From positions 1-45,393 of the forward strand of contig JBOHNX010000003.1 of NCBI GenBank assembly GCA_050730875.1: 45,393 nucleotides of DNA, written 5' to 3'. The notes beneath the pieces were generated by a model, which saw nothing but the letters and a program-made list of their open reading frames with translations, had not been told where the DNA came from and did no database searches. This DNA comes from Candidatus Saccharimonadales bacterium (lineage in GTDB: Bacteria > Patescibacteriota > Saccharimonadia > Saccharimonadales > EFPC-124). How positions within the stretch are numbered: the first letter of the stretch is position 1; the number at the start of each line of letters is the position of its first letter. A program made the translations under genes and the position numbers. Shown here one piece after another: positions 10,083-18,842 of the stretch.

Positions 10083-10545
10083 CGTCTCCTCGGCACAAGA
10101 CGTGGGCGTGCTCGCGCTTGAGATCAAAGACTTCTCCAAGTGGTTTGCCCACAATGCCATCAAGCAGCGCGTTCACGCCAAGCGCGGTACCCCGCCACCT
10201 GAGGTCTCGCCCGCCGCCATGGAACTGATCCGTAGCTGGAGCGGCAAAAAACAGCTCACTGGACAGATGCTTGATGAGCTGCTAGATGCCTTGGAGCATT
10301 TCAAGCAATCTGCCCCTACGCTCACCGTCACCTTGGCAGCGCCGGCTACAAACAGCGTAAAAGTTGCACTGGTGACGTGGTGCCGAGAGAACATCGCACC
10401 GAATGTGCTCGTCAGTTTCCAGCTCAACACTACTTTGCTTGGCGGCATGGTCTTGCGCTATGGCAGCCGCGTCTTTGACTGGTCATTCAGGCGTCAGATT
10501 CTCGCTGCCCGTGTTAACTTCCCTGAGGTACTACGGCGTGTTTGA
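10060..10545 (+). CDS. atpH: F1 ATPase subunit delta (OSCP)
   Basis: The C-terminus LLGGMVLRYGSRVFDWSFRRQI matches the delta/OSCP signature. I prefer ATG 10060 (GGGGTGG upstream) over the track start at 10036. Confidence 0.7.
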   Translation: MKLQLPNSVSSAQDVGVLALEIKDFSKWFAHNAIKQRVHAKRGTPPPEVSPAAMELIRSWSGKKQLTGQMLDELLDALEHFKQSAPTLTVTLAAPATNSVKVALVTWCRENIAPNVLVSFQLNTTLLGGMVLRYGSRVFDWSFRRQILAARVNFPEVLRRV

Positions 10546-12025
10546 TAACCAGGTTTTCCAGCGCCTAGTTGAGGCCGACAATCTAACTGGCGAAGTAGTG
10601 ACTGCCAACAGCTTTATTATTGAGGTGAAAGGACTTGAAGGTGTTCGCTTGGGAGCCCAGGTGTTGTTCGAAGACGGCCAGCGAGGCTTCGTGCGTGAAG
10701 CCTACGGTGACAAGGTTATTTTGTTCAATATCAATTCCGAAAAAATTGCCCCTGGTACACTGGCTGTCGTTGAAAACGATGTCCTCAGCGTACCTGTTGG
10801 TAAACAATTGGTCGGTCGCGTTATCTCCCCTATGGGTGTGCCGCTTGATGGCAAAGGGGCGATCAAAACGACCGCGACGTCGAGCATTTTCAACCCGGCT
10901 CCGGGTATCATGGCGCGCAGTACACTCAACGAGCAACTGACCAGCGGCGTGAGCGCCGTCGATAGCTTCTTTCCAGTTGTGCTTGGGCAGCGCATCGCTA
11001 TCTTAGGCGATAGTAAGTCTGGTAAAAGTACCTTTCTTAGCCAAATGAGCGCCAGCCAGGAAGGTACCGACCACATCGTCGTTTACGTGCTTATGGGGCG
11101 ACGCAAAGTCGATATCGAACGGCTGCTGTCGGGGCTGCGGGAGTCTGGCGCTATGGAGCATACCATCGTCGTACTGGCCGACATTTTTGACTCGCTCACC
11201 CAAACATATTTGGCTCCATACGCTGCCTGTGCCATGGCCGAACATCTGTGGTATGGCGGAAAGGACGTCATTGTTATGTACGACGACCTCAGTAGCCACG
11301 CCGAGGCATATCGTCAGTTGTCACTGCTCCAGGAAGTCGATCCGGGGCGCGACTCGTATCCAGGTGACATATTCTACGCCCACTCCAGCTTGCTTGAGCG
11401 CGCTGGTAAATTGCGCTCCAATGGCAAAACGCTCACGGCTCTGCCGGTGGTACTTACCCCCAACGACGATGTCACGGCATATCTCTCAACCAGCATTATG
11501 TCGATCACCGATGGTCAGATCATCTTCGACCTAGGCCTCTTTCGCAAAGGCATACGGCCGGCAGTCAACGCCGGTCTGTCGGTATCGCGCGTCGGTGGCC
11601 AAGCCCAGACCACTCGACAAAAGCGTCTGTCGGGCACCCTGTTCAAAACACTCGCCAAGTACCGCCAGGCTGAGGAATTCTCTCACTTTAGCTCACAGCT
11701 TTCCAAAGAAACCCGAATTGACCTGGCGCTCGGAAAATACATCTACAAAGCTTTGCAGCAACCGCCCGAGGAACGCCACACGCTCGTTGAGCAGCAGCTA
11801 CTGCTAGAAACCATCCTGCTCAGCGGCGGCGAAATGGATATCGACATCGCCGGACTGAAAGAATCGATCAAAAAGGTCAATAAAGATGTGAAAGACGAAA
11901 AAGACTTTGACCGGATAGAAACCGAGTTGCTCAAGAAACATGCCGCCAAGATGCTGGCCGAGAAACCAACGGCACCAGACACACCAGAGGCTAAACACGA
12001 GGAGACCGCCCATGCGTCGCGCTAG
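10538..12025 (+). CDS. atpA: F1 ATPase subunit alpha (divergent P-loop)
   Basis: The alpha fold is recognisable (VPVGKQLVGRVISPMGVPLDGKG, DDLSSHAEAYRQLSLL, PGDIFYAHSSLLERA). The P-loop is GDSKSGKST rather than the canonical GDRQTGKT. I chose the start GTG 10538 (GAGG at 10525), overlapping the delta stop; the track start at 10403 lies inside atpH. Confidence 0.85.
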   Translation: MFDNQVFQRLVEADNLTGEVVTANSFIIEVKGLEGVRLGAQVLFEDGQRGFVREAYGDKVILFNINSEKIAPGTLAVVENDVLSVPVGKQLVGRVISPMGVPLDGKGAIKTTATSSIFNPAPGIMARSTLNEQLTSGVSAVDSFFPVVLGQRIAILGDSKSGKSTFLSQMSASQEGTDHIVVYVLMGRRKVDIERLLSGLRESGAMEHTIVVLADIFDSLTQTYLAPYAACAMAEHLWYGGKDVIVMYDDLSSHAEAYRQLSLLQEVDPGRDSYPGDIFYAHSSLLERAGKLRSNGKTLTALPVVLTPNDDVTAYLSTSIMSITDGQIIFDLGLFRKGIRPAVNAGLSVSRVGGQAQTTRQKRLSGTLFKTLAKYRQAEEFSHFSSQLSKETRIDLALGKYIYKALQQPPEERHTLVEQQLLLETILLSGGEMDIDIAGLKESIKKVNKDVKDEKDFDRIETELLKKHAAKMLAEKPTAPDTPEAKHEETAHASR

Positions 12026-12875
12026 TGCCATCGAAAAAGACGCCGCAGAAATCACGACCGTCCAGGACCTGACCGGTGTTTTCGAAAGCCTTGCCAGCAC
12101 CCAGGTCGCGAAGGTCAAAAACAGAGTCGAGCTTTCAAAAGCGTTTTTTCAGCTTATTTGGCAACGCTACAGTTCAATCCGCATCGATCCGAACTCGCGC
12201 ATCACCAACCGAGAGCTTGGCAAGAAGGGCGCCAAAGAACAAGTCTTCGTTATTATTTCAGCCGAAGCAGGCTTAAGCGGCGACATCGACCAACGCTTGA
12301 TCGAGACGATGCTGCAAAATTACGATGCAAAGACGACCGATATTGTCGTGCTCGGCTCACACGGCGCAAGCCAGCTGACACAGCGAGGCATCCCGTTCAT
12401 CCGTTTTTTCCAAGTACCCGAGTCAGACCGCTATATCGATGTTAGTCCGGTCATCGAGGCCATCCAACCCTATTCGCAGACGATCGTTTACTACGAAGAG
12501 TACGTCTCGCTCGGCGTACAAAACATCCAATCGATAGACTTGATTTCCAGTATGCGAACTATGAGTGAAGATGCCGACGAAGATACTATGACGACCGAAG
12601 AGACGATCTTTGAGCCTTCGCTCGATGAAATCGCTGACGAAATGGAAATGACAATGATGACCTTGGCGCTCAGCCAGACGATTCTCGAATCAAGCCTCGC
12701 CCAGTCTGCCAGCCGTTTCAACGCTATGGCCGTTGCCAAAAAGCGTGCCCTTGAGATGCTCTATGACTATACGCTTGAATATCACCGGGCAAAACGCTCT
12801 GAGAGTGACCGCCGGATGCGTGAAGTCATGGTCAGCATCAAGAAAAAACGAAAGATTGCAGGAAAAAAACGATGA
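12012..12875 (+). CDS. atpG: F1 ATPase subunit gamma
   Basis: ATG 12012 with GGAG at 12001. The C-terminal helix SRFNAMAVAKKRALEMLYDYTLEYHRAKRSE is typical of gamma. It lies between alpha and beta. Confidence 0.8.
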   Translation: MRRASAIEKDAAEITTVQDLTGVFESLASTQVAKVKNRVELSKAFFQLIWQRYSSIRIDPNSRITNRELGKKGAKEQVFVIISAEAGLSGDIDQRLIETMLQNYDAKTTDIVVLGSHGASQLTQRGIPFIRFFQVPESDRYIDVSPVIEAIQPYSQTIVYYEEYVSLGVQNIQSIDLISSMRTMSEDADEDTMTTEETIFEPSLDEIADEMEMTMMTLALSQTILESSLAQSASRFNAMAVAKKRALEMLYDYTLEYHRAKRSESDRRMREVMVSIKKKRKIAGKKR

Positions 12876-14260
12876 AAGCTAAAGCCGCCACGAAGAATAC
12901 GGAGGCATCTGTCGGTGTTATTCAGTCACTGCGCGGCCTCATGGTCGAGGTAGCTATTCTTGGTGAGCGCCCTGATGTAAAAGAGCTTTTAAGCGTCGAG
13001 GAGCACCCGGAAGTCTTTTTGGAAGTGAGCTACTTCAAGACCGGCACAGCGGTATGTATTAACCTCGCCAACAGTCAAGAACTGCGCTGCGGGCAAAAGG
13101 TCTCGCGTAGCCACACCAAAGTTACCGTGCCGGTCGGTGCTAAGACCCTGGGCCGAGTGTTTAATGCTTTAGGTGAACCCCTCGACGAAGCTCCAGCAGT
13201 CAATGACAACCGACGCTCGATTACCGAGCCATCGGGCACAAAAAGCTACCGTACTAGTAAAAAGCTGGAGCTGCTCGAAACAGGTTTGAAGGTCATCGAC
13301 TTCCTTACTCCATTCGTCAAAGGCCGCAAGATCGGTATCGTCGGCGGTGCCGGTGTCGGTAAAACTGTGCTTACCATGGAGATGATTCACAACGTGACGC
13401 GTAGCGACAAAAGCCTTTCAATCTACTGCGGTGTTGGTGAGCGTATTCGTGAAGGTAACGAACTGTACGAAACCTTAAAGGACACCAACGTACTGAAAAA
13501 TACGGTCATGTTCTTTGGGCAGATGGACTCGACCCCTGCCATCCGTTCCATGGTTGCTCCCGCCGCCGCCACAGCCGCCGAATATTTCCGTGACGAAGAA
13601 GGCCGCGACATCCTGTTCTTCGTCGACAATATTTATCGCCACATTCAGGCGCTCACCGAACTTTCGACCAACTTGGGACTCATCCCCTCAGAAGGTGGTT
13701 ATTCACCGCTGGTATTTTCAGAGCTACGCCGCTTACAGAATCGCTTGAGCTCGACCGAAAAAGGTACCATTACCTCTGTCCAGGCCGTCTATATCCCAGC
13801 GGACGACCTCTCGGACCCGGCGGTACAAGCAATTTCGCAGCAGCTGGACTCAGTCCTGGTGCTTTCGCGTGCCGTTGCCGAAACTGGCATTCGTCCGGCA
13901 GTTGACCTGCTAAAAACTACTTCCTCACTGCTCACGCCAGAAATCGTCGGCCAGCGTCACTACCAGCTTGCCGGACGCGTGCAGGCTATCATGCAGAAAT
14001 ATGACTCGCTCAAAAACATCATCGCGATCGTCGGCGAAAACGAACTCTCCCCTGCCGACCGTGCAGATTACCAGAATGCCAAAAAACTTATCCAGTTTTT
14101 CGATCAGGACTTTGCTGTCGCCGAGAAATTTACCGGCCGCCCTGGCGAATACTTCACGCTCGAGCAAACACTGGACGGTATCGAAAAGATCTTAAGCGGT
14201 AAACCAGCCGACGAGAAACCCAAGGATGACAAGAAGGAAGAGAAACAGGCTAAGAAATAA
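12872..14260 (+). CDS. atpD: F1 ATPase subunit beta
   Basis: Walker A GGAGVGKTVL, plus DNIYRHIQALTELS and YIPADDLSDPA. ATGA overlap with atpG. Confidence 0.95.
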   Translation: MKAKAATKNTEASVGVIQSLRGLMVEVAILGERPDVKELLSVEEHPEVFLEVSYFKTGTAVCINLANSQELRCGQKVSRSHTKVTVPVGAKTLGRVFNALGEPLDEAPAVNDNRRSITEPSGTKSYRTSKKLELLETGLKVIDFLTPFVKGRKIGIVGGAGVGKTVLTMEMIHNVTRSDKSLSIYCGVGERIREGNELYETLKDTNVLKNTVMFFGQMDSTPAIRSMVAPAAATAAEYFRDEEGRDILFFVDNIYRHIQALTELSTNLGLIPSEGGYSPLVFSELRRLQNRLSSTEKGTITSVQAVYIPADDLSDPAVQAISQQLDSVLVLSRAVAETGIRPAVDLLKTTSSLLTPEIVGQRHYQLAGRVQAIMQKYDSLKNIIAIVGENELSPADRADYQNAKKLIQFFDQDFAVAEKFTGRPGEYFTLEQTLDGIEKILSGKPADEKPKDDKKEEKQAKK

Positions 14261-14262
14261 CC

Positions 14263-14526
14263 ATGAAGCAACCCGAAACCCTCGATCAACTTTCCGTCAT
14301 CGCCCGTGCACCATTCAATATATATTATGAAGGCACCGCCAAAGCCGTATCGGCCATCAACAGAATCGGACAATTTGACATCCTGCCTGGGCATGCCGAT
14401 TTCTTTTCCGTGCTCAGTCCGGGCGATGTCACGATTGAAACCGACTCTGACCCAATAAATTTCAGCGTAGCCAATGGCATCATTACCGTACGCGATAATG
14501 AGGTTATGTTGTTCGTTAATATGTAG
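14263..14526 (+). CDS. atpC: F1 ATPase subunit epsilon (beta-sandwich domain only, no C-terminal helices)
   Basis: 87 aa with DILPGHADFFSVL (ILPGHAP-type motif). It lies directly after atpD. Confidence 0.75.
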   Translation: MKQPETLDQLSVIARAPFNIYYEGTAKAVSAINRIGQFDILPGHADFFSVLSPGDVTIETDSDPINFSVANGIITVRDNEVMLFVNM

Positions 14527-14538
14527 CAGCTAGATGAG

Positions 14539-15570
14539 CTACTGCATCACTATGTAGTCAAATGCGTAGCCGCCAGGACCTAGCGCACCGCTCACTCCGA
14601 TGCTGAAGCCGATAGCACTCCGGTTCACATAAAAATTTCCCCCTATACCAACAGGAGTAATCACGACATGAGGCGTCGTGCCATAACGGCTGCGGAAAGT
14701 CACACTTGCCAGAATGCCGTTACCGGCTCCGGTGCCGGTATTCACAGCTACCGTCCCGGCGGCGTCGTTACCACTAATAGAAGCCGTGCCATTGGAACCG
14801 GCAGCTCCGCCTCGGCTAACCCCAGGTGCCGATCCATGGGTTGTAATGCGTCCGCTAATGTCCAAATTGCTAATCGAAAAGCTTCGTACCGTCAAGGTGC
14901 CGCCCACAGATAAACTGCCAGCTATATTCACGTTATTATTAACGGTCAATAATTGGCCGATAGTCACAGACCCTTGGAGCCGTGTTACTCCTGCGACATT
15001 CATATCTTTACGCAAACTTAAGCTCGACAACGTACCGTCGCCGTTGACATTGAGCTGCTGGACCGAGGTATCGCCAGCCTGGAGCTTTGCCAAACTTGCA
15101 TCCGCAGCTGAGAGCTTATTATTGAGCTTAAGCTCACCAGCAATATTCACATCGCTGGCGGCCATCACTTTACCATTAAAGCGAGAATTAGGGTTAATCA
15201 CGAGCTCTGTCCCTGGATTGCCGACCGGATTTCGGCTTACTCCAAGCTTGTCTAAAGTCTCGGAGCTGAGCGTAACCTCACCCTTTCGCGCTTGAGAATT
15301 GGCGTCGCCTTGGGATTTCATCAAAAAGGCGAAAATACCCGCATTTATTACGAGTATCGCCACAACTACGCTCAAGCCAATAAAGGTGGCTTTGTGGCTC
15401 GGACGATATGTTCCGCGACGCAGCTTTGCGCTCACATTCGACTTGATCTTTGACTTGATCGATGCAACGGGCGTCTCAGGTGCCGGCGTTTTCTCATCAA
15501 CCTGAGGCTTCAATACTTCAGGTGCCGGCGATTCTTTGTCTTTTGGTTCAGAAGATGGGGCTTCCGCCAT
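14539..15570 (-). CDS. membrane-anchored surface protein with beta-helix-like repeats and a C-terminal module shared with the 1061-aa protein
   Basis: 343 aa. Charged N-terminus, TM helix FIGLSVVVAILVINAGIFAFL, and repeats of the type NVNIAGSLSVGGTLTV. It ends ...GGYAFDYIVMQ. Confidence 0.7.
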   Translation of the reverse strand: MAEAPSSEPKDKESPAPEVLKPQVDEKTPAPETPVASIKSKIKSNVSAKLRRGTYRPSHKATFIGLSVVVAILVINAGIFAFLMKSQGDANSQARKGEVTLSSETLDKLGVSRNPVGNPGTELVINPNSRFNGKVMAASDVNIAGELKLNNKLSAADASLAKLQAGDTSVQQLNVNGDGTLSSLSLRKDMNVAGVTRLQGSVTIGQLLTVNNNVNIAGSLSVGGTLTVRSFSISNLDISGRITTHGSAPGVSRGGAAGSNGTASISGNDAAGTVAVNTGTGAGNGILASVTFRSRYGTTPHVVITPVGIGGNFYVNRSAIGFSIGVSGALGPGGYAFDYIVMQ

Positions 15571-15667
15571 CTTTTATACCTCTGTTTACTGCCGATAGTA
15601 TACCGCTTAAGCTTATCATCAAGCAAATCATTTGCATCTTTCTATTATTTCGTCAACAATAGAAACC

Positions 15668-16396
15668 ATGTTAAGCAAGCTAGCTGGACGGGTCGGCTTA
15701 TTTTTAATTCTGACGAGTTGCGTCGCTTTTGTAACAGTCCCCTATGTCCACTCCCTGCAGTCCCCGAATTATAAGTTTGATGAAAGCGCAATCGGCACTG
15801 GTGGTCTGATCCAGTCTAGCTCAGCCAATTTTCAAGCGGACAGTGCAATTGGTGGCCTGGCGATTGGTAACGCAGCTTCTGCCAATTTTCAAGTTGAGGC
15901 TGGGTCTAAAACAACCAACGACCCGGCATTATCATTCGGTATTACTAATGCCAACATTGATCTTGGCAGCTTTACGTCCAGTGGCGCAACGGTAACAACT
16001 GCAACTTTCTTGGTCTCCAACTATACAAGTTATGGCTATGTGGTACAGATTCTCGGTGACCCTCCTAAAAACGGCAACCACACTATCGATGCCATGGCGA
16101 CAACCAGCCCATCACAAGCAGGCATCGATCAATTCGGTATTAACTTAGTAGCCAATACTCTGCCTCTCTCTGTGGGAGCCAATCCGGATAATGGAGACTC
16201 CGGTTTTGGCGAAGCTGCACCTAATTATGGAACATCAAATGAATACCGATATGTCAGCGGTGAAACAATCGCAAGAGCGCCTAAAAGCTCAGGCGTGACC
16301 AACTACACCATAAGCTATTTAGTTAATGTCGAGACCTTAACGCCTGGCGGAAAGTTCACAGCCAACCAAACGCTCATAGTCACGGGTACATACTAA
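15668..16396 (+). CDS. secreted beta-rich subunit, short paralogue of the 372-aa pair
   Basis: I prefer ATG 15668 (MLSKLAGRVGLFLILTSCVAFVTVPYVHS signal). It shares QFGINLVANT and YTISYLVNV...TANQTLIVTGTY with the C-terminal half of the next two genes. Confidence 0.7.
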   Translation: MLSKLAGRVGLFLILTSCVAFVTVPYVHSLQSPNYKFDESAIGTGGLIQSSSANFQADSAIGGLAIGNAASANFQVEAGSKTTNDPALSFGITNANIDLGSFTSSGATVTTATFLVSNYTSYGYVVQILGDPPKNGNHTIDAMATTSPSQAGIDQFGINLVANTLPLSVGANPDNGDSGFGEAAPNYGTSNEYRYVSGETIARAPKSSGVTNYTISYLVNVETLTPGGKFTANQTLIVTGTY

Positions 16397-16469
16397 GACT
16401 GGAGTCTTCTCTATGTCTTACAATCTACTAAATTTTTCCACAACATTGTAAATTTGGTTAAAAAAGGTA

Positions 16470-16498
16470 TTGACCCGTGAAAACGCTCATGCTAAGCT
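16470..16498 (+). promoter_or_regulatory. sigma70-type promoter candidate for the first 372-aa subunit gene
   Basis: TTGACC (16470-16475), 17-nt spacer, TAAGCT (16493-16498). The spacer contains GCTCATG, also present in the promoter of the next paralogue. The A/C-rich leader has no obvious SD. Confidence 0.45.
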
Positions 16499-16538
16499 TC
16501 CCCTAACACCACACTAAAAAACACCTAAAAACAAAAAA

Positions 16539-17657
16539 ATGAAAAAACAACGAAAATCACTCTTAAGAGTATTTAGCGCAGCAATCTTAGTTGCTGCTGT
16601 GTTGGTTCAGGCCCTTTCGCCAACAATGGCCTCGGCTGCTCAAATTACAACCCGCAGCTTGACCCTTCAGGCTGGCGCAACTGATGGCGGTTCGAAGCCA
16701 GGCGGTGTCGTCAACCACTCCTTCCAGTTCACACTGCCCGGCGGCAGTAGCGTCGGCTCGATTAAGTTCGAATACTGTACGCTTGCAAGCGGTACATGCA
16801 CAATGCCAACTGGCCTAGTAACTACTTCGGCCACTCTAGGTACTGAAAGCGGTGCCACCGGCTTCTCAATGGTAAACACCACCAACGGCGCACCTTACTT
16901 AACGCGTGCAGCAGCAGCTATCGGTGCAAACCAAGCAGTTAGCTACCGGCTCGATACCGTCACCAACCCGACCGATACTAATAAGACATTCTATGTCCGT
17001 ATTTCCACCTACGCCTCTATCGATACCACTGGTGCGGAAACTGATACCGGTACTGTCAATGCCAGCACTGCTACGCAAATAGACCTGACCGGTGTTATGC
17101 CCGAATCGCTCGTCTTTTGTACTGGTGGCACTATTAGCCTTACTGGTGGCGTGCCAGACTGTGCTACTGCTAGCAGCGGTGCCATCAACTTTGATCGGCT
17201 CTTCTCTCCTACCGACACGGCTACTGCTACCTCGCAACTGGCTGCTAGTACCAATGCCGGTGCCGGCTACGTCATTGCCGTTCATGGTCCAACACTGACC
17301 TCAGGCGCCAACACAATAACACCCATGAACGCGTCAACCGCTGGTATCCGCGGTACTAGCCAGTTCGGTCTGAACCTGAAGGCTAACACCTCCGCCACTT
17401 CTACCCCGGATGTTGGTACCGAAGTTGCTCCAGCAGCTAACGGCACCAGCTTTAAGGGTCAAGCGGTAGCTGGCTATGATACTGTCGATAGTTTCAAATT
17501 TACATCTGGCGATAGCGTCGCCGACAGTGCCAACGGCGGAGCCGGCGGCACAGATGCCCAGATCTATACAGCTGCTTACATGGTTAATGTTCCTGGTAAC
17601 CAGCCTGCCGGTACTTACGCGACAACACTTACCTACATCTGTACTCCTACATTCTAA
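16539..17657 (+). CDS. secreted major surface subunit candidate (paralogue A)
   Basis: 372 aa with signal peptide ending ASA|AQ. T/S/G/A-rich, no Trp, conserved Cys pairs. C-terminal strand PAGTYATTLTYICTPTF resembles the terminal strand of WxL / SCPU-type beta-sandwich subunits. Confidence 0.8.
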   Translation: MKKQRKSLLRVFSAAILVAAVLVQALSPTMASAAQITTRSLTLQAGATDGGSKPGGVVNHSFQFTLPGGSSVGSIKFEYCTLASGTCTMPTGLVTTSATLGTESGATGFSMVNTTNGAPYLTRAAAAIGANQAVSYRLDTVTNPTDTNKTFYVRISTYASIDTTGAETDTGTVNASTATQIDLTGVMPESLVFCTGGTISLTGGVPDCATASSGAINFDRLFSPTDTATATSQLAASTNAGAGYVIAVHGPTLTSGANTITPMNASTAGIRGTSQFGLNLKANTSATSTPDVGTEVAPAANGTSFKGQAVAGYDTVDSFKFTSGDSVADSANGGAGGTDAQIYTAAYMVNVPGNQPAGTYATTLTYICTPTF

Positions 17658-17684
17658 AGTTTTGAAAACATCCGTGAAAATTTT

Positions 17685-17714
17685 TTGACGGCTGTGTAAT
17701 GCTCATGTTAGAAT
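17685..17714 (+). promoter_or_regulatory. promoter candidate giving a leaderless mRNA for paralogue B
   Basis: TTGACG (17685-17690), 18-nt spacer, TAGAAT (17709-17714). ATG 17721 lies only 6 nt after the -10 element and has no SD. Confidence 0.45.
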
Positions 17715-17720
17715 TCTCAC

Positions 17721-18839
17721 ATGAGAGTGATTGGGAAACGCGTACCTCTGTTGTTAGCTGCTATTGTCTTATTGGCGGCAACGGTCAGTACTGTTTTTCA
17801 AGGGGGGGTTGCCCACGCTGCTCAACTCACACAGCGTAAAATGACCCTTCAGGCCGGCGCTACTGACGGCGGTTCGAAGCCTGGCGGTGTTGTCAATCAC
17901 CTATTTGAATTTACTGTGCCGACTGAAGCAAGCGTCGGCTCAATTAAGTTCGAATACTGTACTACTGCCAGCGGTACGTGCACCACACCAACCGGCGTGG
18001 TGACTACATCTGCTACATTAGGCACCGAGACTGGCGCTAGTGGTTTCTCAATGGTCAACGCCACCAACGGCGCACCACATATAACACGCACAGCAGCCAA
18101 CATCACGGCCGGCACGGCAGTCAGTTATCAACTACAGACCGTCACCAACCCGACTGATACTAACCAGACATTTTTCGTCCGTATTTCTACCTATGCCTCT
18201 ATCGATACCACCGGTGGAGTAACCGACAGCGGTACGGTAACAGCTAGCACAGCTACCCAGATAGAACTGACCGGGACTATGCCCGAATCGCTAATCTTCT
18301 GCGCTGGCGGTACCATAAATACGACCGGGGGCGTGCCTGACTGCAGCACCGCCACTAGTGGCGCTATCAGCTTCAACCAGCTCTTCTCCCCTACCGATAC
18401 CGCGACTGCCACTTCACAAATGGCTGCAAGCACTAATGCAGGCAGCGGCTATAACATAACGGTGACTGGAACGACATTAACTTCCGGTGCAAACACTGTA
18501 ACGGCCATGAGTGCAGCTGCCCTAGGAACTCGAGGTACTAGCCAATTTGGTATGAACCTGAAGGCTAACACCGTACTCACCTCTAACCCAGCAATCGGCG
18601 CCGAAGCTGCACCAGTGGCCAACGGTACAGAGTTTAAGGGTCAGGCTGCGATAGGCTACGATACCGTTGATAACTTCAAGTTTGTGTCTGGCAATAGCGT
18701 GGCCAATAGTGCCAACGGCGGGGCGGGTCCTACAAACGCTCAGATTTACACTACATCCTACATTGTCAACGTTCCTGGTAGTCAACCTGCCGGTACTTAT
18801 ACCACCACCATAACTTATGTCTGCACACCAACTTTCTAG
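17721..18839 (+). CDS. secreted major surface subunit candidate (paralogue B)
   Basis: 372 aa, identical in length to paralogue A and colinear with it. Long identical peptide runs include TLQAGATDGGSKPGGVVNH, VGSIKFEYCT and RISTYASIDTTG. Confidence 0.8.
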   Translation: MRVIGKRVPLLLAAIVLLAATVSTVFQGGVAHAAQLTQRKMTLQAGATDGGSKPGGVVNHLFEFTVPTEASVGSIKFEYCTTASGTCTTPTGVVTTSATLGTETGASGFSMVNATNGAPHITRTAANITAGTAVSYQLQTVTNPTDTNQTFFVRISTYASIDTTGGVTDSGTVTASTATQIELTGTMPESLIFCAGGTINTTGGVPDCSTATSGAISFNQLFSPTDTATATSQMAASTNAGSGYNITVTGTTLTSGANTVTAMSAAALGTRGTSQFGMNLKANTVLTSNPAIGAEAAPVANGTEFKGQAAIGYDTVDNFKFVSGNSVANSANGGAGPTNAQIYTTSYIVNVPGSQPAGTYTTTITYVCTPTF

Positions 18840-18842
18840 CAC

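Noticed and set aside
10403-10537. Track start of atpA at 10403, and similarly atpG at 11940, atpH at 10036, the 15632 start and the 25228 start
   Set aside because: The N-terminal extensions overlap the preceding gene by more than 70 nt and translate to non-homologous sequence. Internal starts with SD-like motifs give canonical N-termini and the usual few-nt coupling.
16539-18839. Calling the 372-aa paralogues bona fide WxL-domain proteins or SCPU/Csu pilins
   Set aside because: They contain no tryptophan, so no WxL motifs. No chaperone/usher genes are present. Only the terminal-strand pattern and the locus organisation are similar, so I kept this as an analogy.
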